A stretch of DNA of 64,000 bases. Origin: Candidatus Eiseniibacteriota bacterium. GTDB lineage: Bacteria > Eisenbacteria > RBG-16-71-46. Shown here one piece after another: positions 60,464-64,000 of the stretch. The stretch is taken from contig CAVZLN010000003.1 of assembly GCA_963776245.1 (NCBI GenBank), forward strand, positions 352,001-416,000, in the 5' to 3' direction. Within the stretch, counting starts at the first letter, position 1. Each line of letters opens with the position of its first letter. Both the position numbers and the translations under genes were made by a program. The notes beneath the pieces were generated by a model. That model made no database searches and was not told where the DNA came from. It saw nothing but the letters and a program-made list of their open reading frames with translations.

Positions 60464-60861
60464 CTCCTTCCGCCGATCTCGCGATAGAGATACCACCCGT
60501 CCCCGAGGTCGCGATGCCAGCGCACCACCCGCCCCGCCCGGCGCGGCGGCGACACCACCGCGTCGAGGTCCTCCACCGGGTCGGCGAGCGGACGGGACGA
60601 ATGCGCGTAGCCCTTCACGTCGGCGAAGCGCGCCCGCGGGAACCACGCCGAGCGCGGGATGTACACCAGGGACTCCCCGCGCGCCTGCGCGAGCGCCTGC
60701 TCGAGCTCGCCGCGATGCGCCTGGAAGTGCGCGATCAGCGCCGCGTCGCTGGGGTTGCGCAGCCAGCGGCGGCCCGCGACCTCGAGTCCGGCGGTGAGCG
60801 CCACCCCGGCGACCACCGCGAGCACCGCGCCCAGCACGAGATGCGAACGCCAATCGCTCAC
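60460..60861 (-). CDS. Small hypothetical membrane-anchored protein
   Basis: One N-terminal TM; 4-bp overlaps with both neighbours (GTGA and ATGA). Confidence 0.55.
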   Translation of the reverse strand: MSDWRSHLVLGAVLAVVAGVALTAGLEVAGRRWLRNPSDAALIAHFQAHRGELEQALAQARGESLVYIPRSAWFPRARFADVKGYAHSSRPLADPVEDLDAVVSPPRRAGRVVRWHRDLGDGWYLYREIGGRR

Positions 60862-61412
60862 TCGAGCGCCTCCTCGCGCCAGCCCGCGCCGGCGTCCTCG
60901 CCCAGCACCGCGAGCACCTTGGCGGTGAAGCCCCCGACGAGCGCGTCGAGGTCCTTCGGGTTGCGGTACCACGGCGGCGAGATCGGCATGATGACCACGC
61001 CTTCGCGCGACAGGCGCGCCATGTTCTCGAGCGCGATGGTCGAGAGCGGGGTCTCTCTCACGCACAGCACCAGCCGCATGCGCTCCTTGAGCGCGACCGC
61101 GGCGGCGCGCGTGATCAGGGTGTCGGCGATCCCGGCCGCGATCCGGGCGAGCGTGGAGACGCTGCACGGGGAGACGACGTAGGCGTCGTAGCGGTTGGAG
61201 CCCGACGAGAACGGCGCGGCGAGGTCGGTGTCGGCGAACACCTTCCTGACGTGCGGCGCGAGATCGCCGGGCTTCAGCCCCAGTTCGGCGGCCATCACCT
61301 GACGCGCCCAGTCCGACATCACCAGGAACTTCTCGCCCGGCAGGCGCTTCACCAGGTCCACCCCGTAGATGCTGCCCGAAGCGCCGGTCATGCCGATGAG
61401 GTAACGCGCCAT
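60858..61412 (-). CDS. ubiX: Flavin prenyltransferase UbiX
   Basis: IGMTGASG, SSGS, PCS..TL..IA.G, RAA.V.LKER and RETPL motifs. Confidence 0.93.
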   Translation of the reverse strand: MARYLIGMTGASGSIYGVDLVKRLPGEKFLVMSDWARQVMAAELGLKPGDLAPHVRKVFADTDLAAPFSSGSNRYDAYVVSPCSVSTLARIAAGIADTLITRAAAVALKERMRLVLCVRETPLSTIALENMARLSREGVVIMPISPPWYRNPKDLDALVGGFTAKVLAVLGEDAGAGWREEALE

Positions 61413-61414
61413 CC

Positions 61415-62323
61415 TCAGAACCCCCCGGTGACCCAGCGGGCCACCATCACCATCACGAACACCGCCCCGCTCACCCACGCGTTGATCTTGAAGAACGCCA
61501 GGTTCACGTCCTCCGCCCAGTGCTGCTCGAGCTCGAGCATCGCCACGATGGCGAGCCACACCGCCAGCACCGCGAGGAAGCCGCGCACCGTGAGCCCGCC
61601 TGCCGCCGGCGACAGCAGCGCGAGCGCCGCGCCGCCGAGCGCGAGCGCGCCGAGCCGGTGCAGGAACGCCGACACCTCGAGTGCGCGGGCGCGGCCGAGC
61701 CACACCACCGCGGAGTGCACGGCGTGCGCGCGGTCGAACTCCTCGTCGAGCGTGCCATAGATGATGTCGAATCCGGTACCCCAGCAGAGCGCGAAGAGGG
61801 CCAGTCCGATCGCCGGCGCCGGGTGCGCGAGATCCGGATGCGCGACCGCCCAGCCGGCGAGCGCCGACAGCGACATCGCCGCGCCCACGCCGGCGTGGCA
61901 GAACGGGGTGAAACGCTTGAGCCAGGGATAGATCGCGAACACCGCGAGCGGGATGGCCGCGACCCTCACGTAGAGCGGCCCGAGCGCCACGCACGCCGCA
62001 AGGTAGGTGGCCAGGCTCGCCGCCAGCAGCACCCAGCCCTCGGCCACCGCCATCCGGCCGGACGGCAGCTCGCGCACCCGGGTGCGCGGGTTGAGCGCAT
62101 CGATGTGCCGGTCGATGAGCCGGTTCATCGCCATCGCCGCGGTGCGCGCACCGACCGCGGCGACCACGGTGAGCGCCCAGCGCGCGCCGGACATCGCGTC
62201 GCCCGGCTGGCTGAAGATGCCGGCGAGGATGAGCGGCAGCGAGAACAGCGTGTGTTCGAGACGCACGAACGAAGCGTACGTGCGCAGACGTTCGACGGGG
62301 CGGGTGGCGGTGGCGGTCGGCAT
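61415..62323 (-). CDS. UbiA-family polyprenyltransferase (MqnP-like)
   Basis: EHTLFSLP, ART.AMA.NR.ID..ID..NPRT..R.LP.G and GFDIIY...D..FD motifs. Confidence 0.9.
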   Translation of the reverse strand: MPTATATRPVERLRTYASFVRLEHTLFSLPLILAGIFSQPGDAMSGARWALTVVAAVGARTAAMAMNRLIDRHIDALNPRTRVRELPSGRMAVAEGWVLLAASLATYLAACVALGPLYVRVAAIPLAVFAIYPWLKRFTPFCHAGVGAAMSLSALAGWAVAHPDLAHPAPAIGLALFALCWGTGFDIIYGTLDEEFDRAHAVHSAVVWLGRARALEVSAFLHRLGALALGGAALALLSPAAGGLTVRGFLAVLAVWLAIVAMLELEQHWAEDVNLAFFKINAWVSGAVFVMVMVARWVTGGF

Positions 62324-62428
62324 GCGGGGTGTCCGGCGCACGCCCTGCGCGCGCGGCGGGTGGCTCAGACTAGGGGGTCGCGGCCCGCGCGTCGAGTGCG
62401 CCGCGGCGGGCGCCGGCGCGGCGCCCCG

Positions 62429-63733
62429 CTAACGCCGCGCGGGCGCGGCGGCGCCGGCGGCCGTGGCGCGCTCGAGGCGCGTCTGCTGCGCCGGGCTCAA
62501 AGCCACGAACTCGAGTCCGAGTCCCAGCGCGCTCTCAGGGTCGGTGGCCGCGGGGTCCCGGTCCACCCACACCACGCGCGCGGCGAGGCGTTCGACCCCC
62601 CGGTCCCCCGGCAGCACGAGGTGCACGGACACCACGGCCTCGCGCAATGCGACTCCCTCCTGGAGCAGGTCGCCACGGCGGAACCGCACGCCCATCCCGC
62701 GCGCCGACAGCTCCACCAGCGCGCCCGGGAGCGGGGCCACGCGCGTGCCCGCCAGCCCGAGCATCACGACGCCGTTCGCGACCTGGACCGAGAGCCGGTT
62801 CTCCCGGCGCCGCTCGATGGGCGCGGCCGTCGCGGTGGTCGGCTCCGCGATCGGATCGGGCACCGGCCGCGGAGAGCGGACCGGCGACACGGTCGCGGGT
62901 CCCGGCGGCGCGGCGGGCGGGGTTGCCCCGACTTCGAGCGGCGCGGTCGCCGCGGCCACCAGCTCGGCGACCTGGGCGTCCGCCGCGGTCTCCGCGGGCG
63001 TCGGCGCTGGCTCTTCCGCGGGTTTGCGGGTGGGCGGGCCGGGCGGGCCGTCCGCGACCGAGAACAGCTCGGGATCGAGGCACAGGCACTCGGCCGGCGT
63101 CTCCGGCTCGATCCGCAGTTGCATCGCGGTGTCCACGGAGGTCGGTAGCACGATGATGTCACCGGGATCCGCGATCACCGATTCGCCCTCGGGCGCGTCG
63201 TCCCGCAATGCGGTCCAGCGCACGCGCCCATGGATCACCACCCACAGCAGGCCTGCCTCCGGCGCCACCAGCCGCGGCACGGCGCCGAACGTCTCCACGC
63301 GGCAGCGCTCCGCGGCGTCCGCGAACTCCGCCGAGGTGAGGCGGACCAGCAACTGGGGCCCGAAGGAGCGCAGGCCCTCCGCGACCCGGCGCCGTCGCTC
63401 CGAGCGCGCGAGCGAGACGAACCACTGATGCATGGCGTGGTAGCGGCGCGCGTGCAGGGTGGTGGGCGGATGGAGCTCGTCGAGCCGCCGTTGAGCCGCG
63501 AGCGCGAGGAACAGCTCGCCGCGTCCGACCGCGAGCGGCAGCAGGCGCTCGTACTGGAGTTGCGCGAGGCCGGGCTCGCCGAGCGCCAGGTAGAGCGAGG
63601 CGAGCAGGTAGCGCGGGGGCAGGTCGTAGGGCTGGGCGTCCACGGCCGCACGCGTCTGACGCACGCACTCATGGAGGTCGCCGCCGCGGAACGGCGCGGC
63701 GATCGACTCCCAGAGCTGCGGGATCGGGCTCAT
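62429..63733 (-). CDS. TPR-like / cNMP-binding-like / Pro-rich linker / PilZ domain protein
   Basis: C-terminal ERRRENR, ELSARGM, RVVW and GLEF PilZ signature; helical N-terminus. Confidence 0.65.
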   Translation of the reverse strand: MSPIPQLWESIAAPFRGGDLHECVRQTRAAVDAQPYDLPPRYLLASLYLALGEPGLAQLQYERLLPLAVGRGELFLALAAQRRLDELHPPTTLHARRYHAMHQWFVSLARSERRRRVAEGLRSFGPQLLVRLTSAEFADAAERCRVETFGAVPRLVAPEAGLLWVVIHGRVRWTALRDDAPEGESVIADPGDIIVLPTSVDTAMQLRIEPETPAECLCLDPELFSVADGPPGPPTRKPAEEPAPTPAETAADAQVAELVAAATAPLEVGATPPAAPPGPATVSPVRSPRPVPDPIAEPTTATAAPIERRRENRLSVQVANGVVMLGLAGTRVAPLPGALVELSARGMGVRFRRGDLLQEGVALREAVVSVHLVLPGDRGVERLAARVVWVDRDPAATDPESALGLGLEFVALSPAQQTRLERATAAGAAAPARR

Positions 63734-63932
63734 GCGTGCGCCTTCGTCCGGGGTCTGCCGCGCGGGGACTCCAGTGGCCGGGTGGGTCCTCGGAGTCATC
63801 GGCAGCGGCCGCGCGACGCTTGAGGCACCGCCGCCGCCGATCCCCGAAGACCCCGTGGCCCGCCCGCCGGCCGGTCGCGACGTTCTGTTATGCTCCCGGC
63901 CCGCGGCGTCCGCCCCGGCACGACGACCGACC

Positions 63933-64000
63933 ATGATCCACGCTCTCGCTCCCATTCTCGCGCTCAGCCTCGCCGCGGCCCCGGCCGTGGCCCGCCCGAT
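63933..64000 (+). CDS. 5' fragment of an exported protein (runs off the window)
   Basis: ATG at 63933 encodes MIHALAPILALSLAAAPAVA, a typical signal peptide. Confidence 0.45.
   Translation, partial: MIHALAPILALSLAAAPAVARP

Noticed and set aside
1..64000. CRISPR arrays, rRNA/tRNA genes, IS elements, prophage or defence systems
   Set aside because: No repeat-spacer arrays, structural RNA signatures, transposase, integrase or phage genes were recognised; the repetitiveness at 11-14 kb is coding heme-motif repeats.

Overview
A very GC-rich bacterial chromosomal window, densely coding, with no rRNA, tRNA, CRISPR array or mobile element that I can support. The gene content (futalosine menaquinone pathway, secreted proteins with FlgD-Ig/T9SS-like C-terminal domains, lipoproteins, beta-barrels) points to a diderm, plausibly Ca. 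Eisenbacteria or another FCB-related lineage; this is inference only. The standout is a roughly 14 kb locus at 10.4-24.3 kb that looks like a cytochrome-nanowire / extracellular electron transfer system. It has a perfect sigma-54 promoter with candidate enhancer repeats, an NHL beta-propeller, and a compact hexaheme cytochrome that matches Geobacter OmcS motif by motif, including the His16-equivalent inter-subunit ligand. That gene is flanked by an orphan Shine-Dalgarno and a cUUCGg hairpin. Next come a 10-heme cytochrome, an outer-membrane beta-barrel, two CsgG-like lipoproteins, a small exported protein and a giant 42-heme cytochrome; a CcmF-type heme lyase is divergently transcribed. The locus sits among dispersed futalosine pathway genes (mqnD, mqnC, mqnA, mqnE, ubiA/ubiX/ubiD-like). 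The rest is housekeeping and envelope genes: nnr, trxA, hflX, glgB, recQ, psuG, M13 and M24 peptidases, an ECF sigma/anti-sigma pair, a histidine kinase, a PilZ protein, and a GH18-deacetylase-GT2 fusion broken by three single-base indels. All family calls come from motif recognition by eye; no database searches were run.
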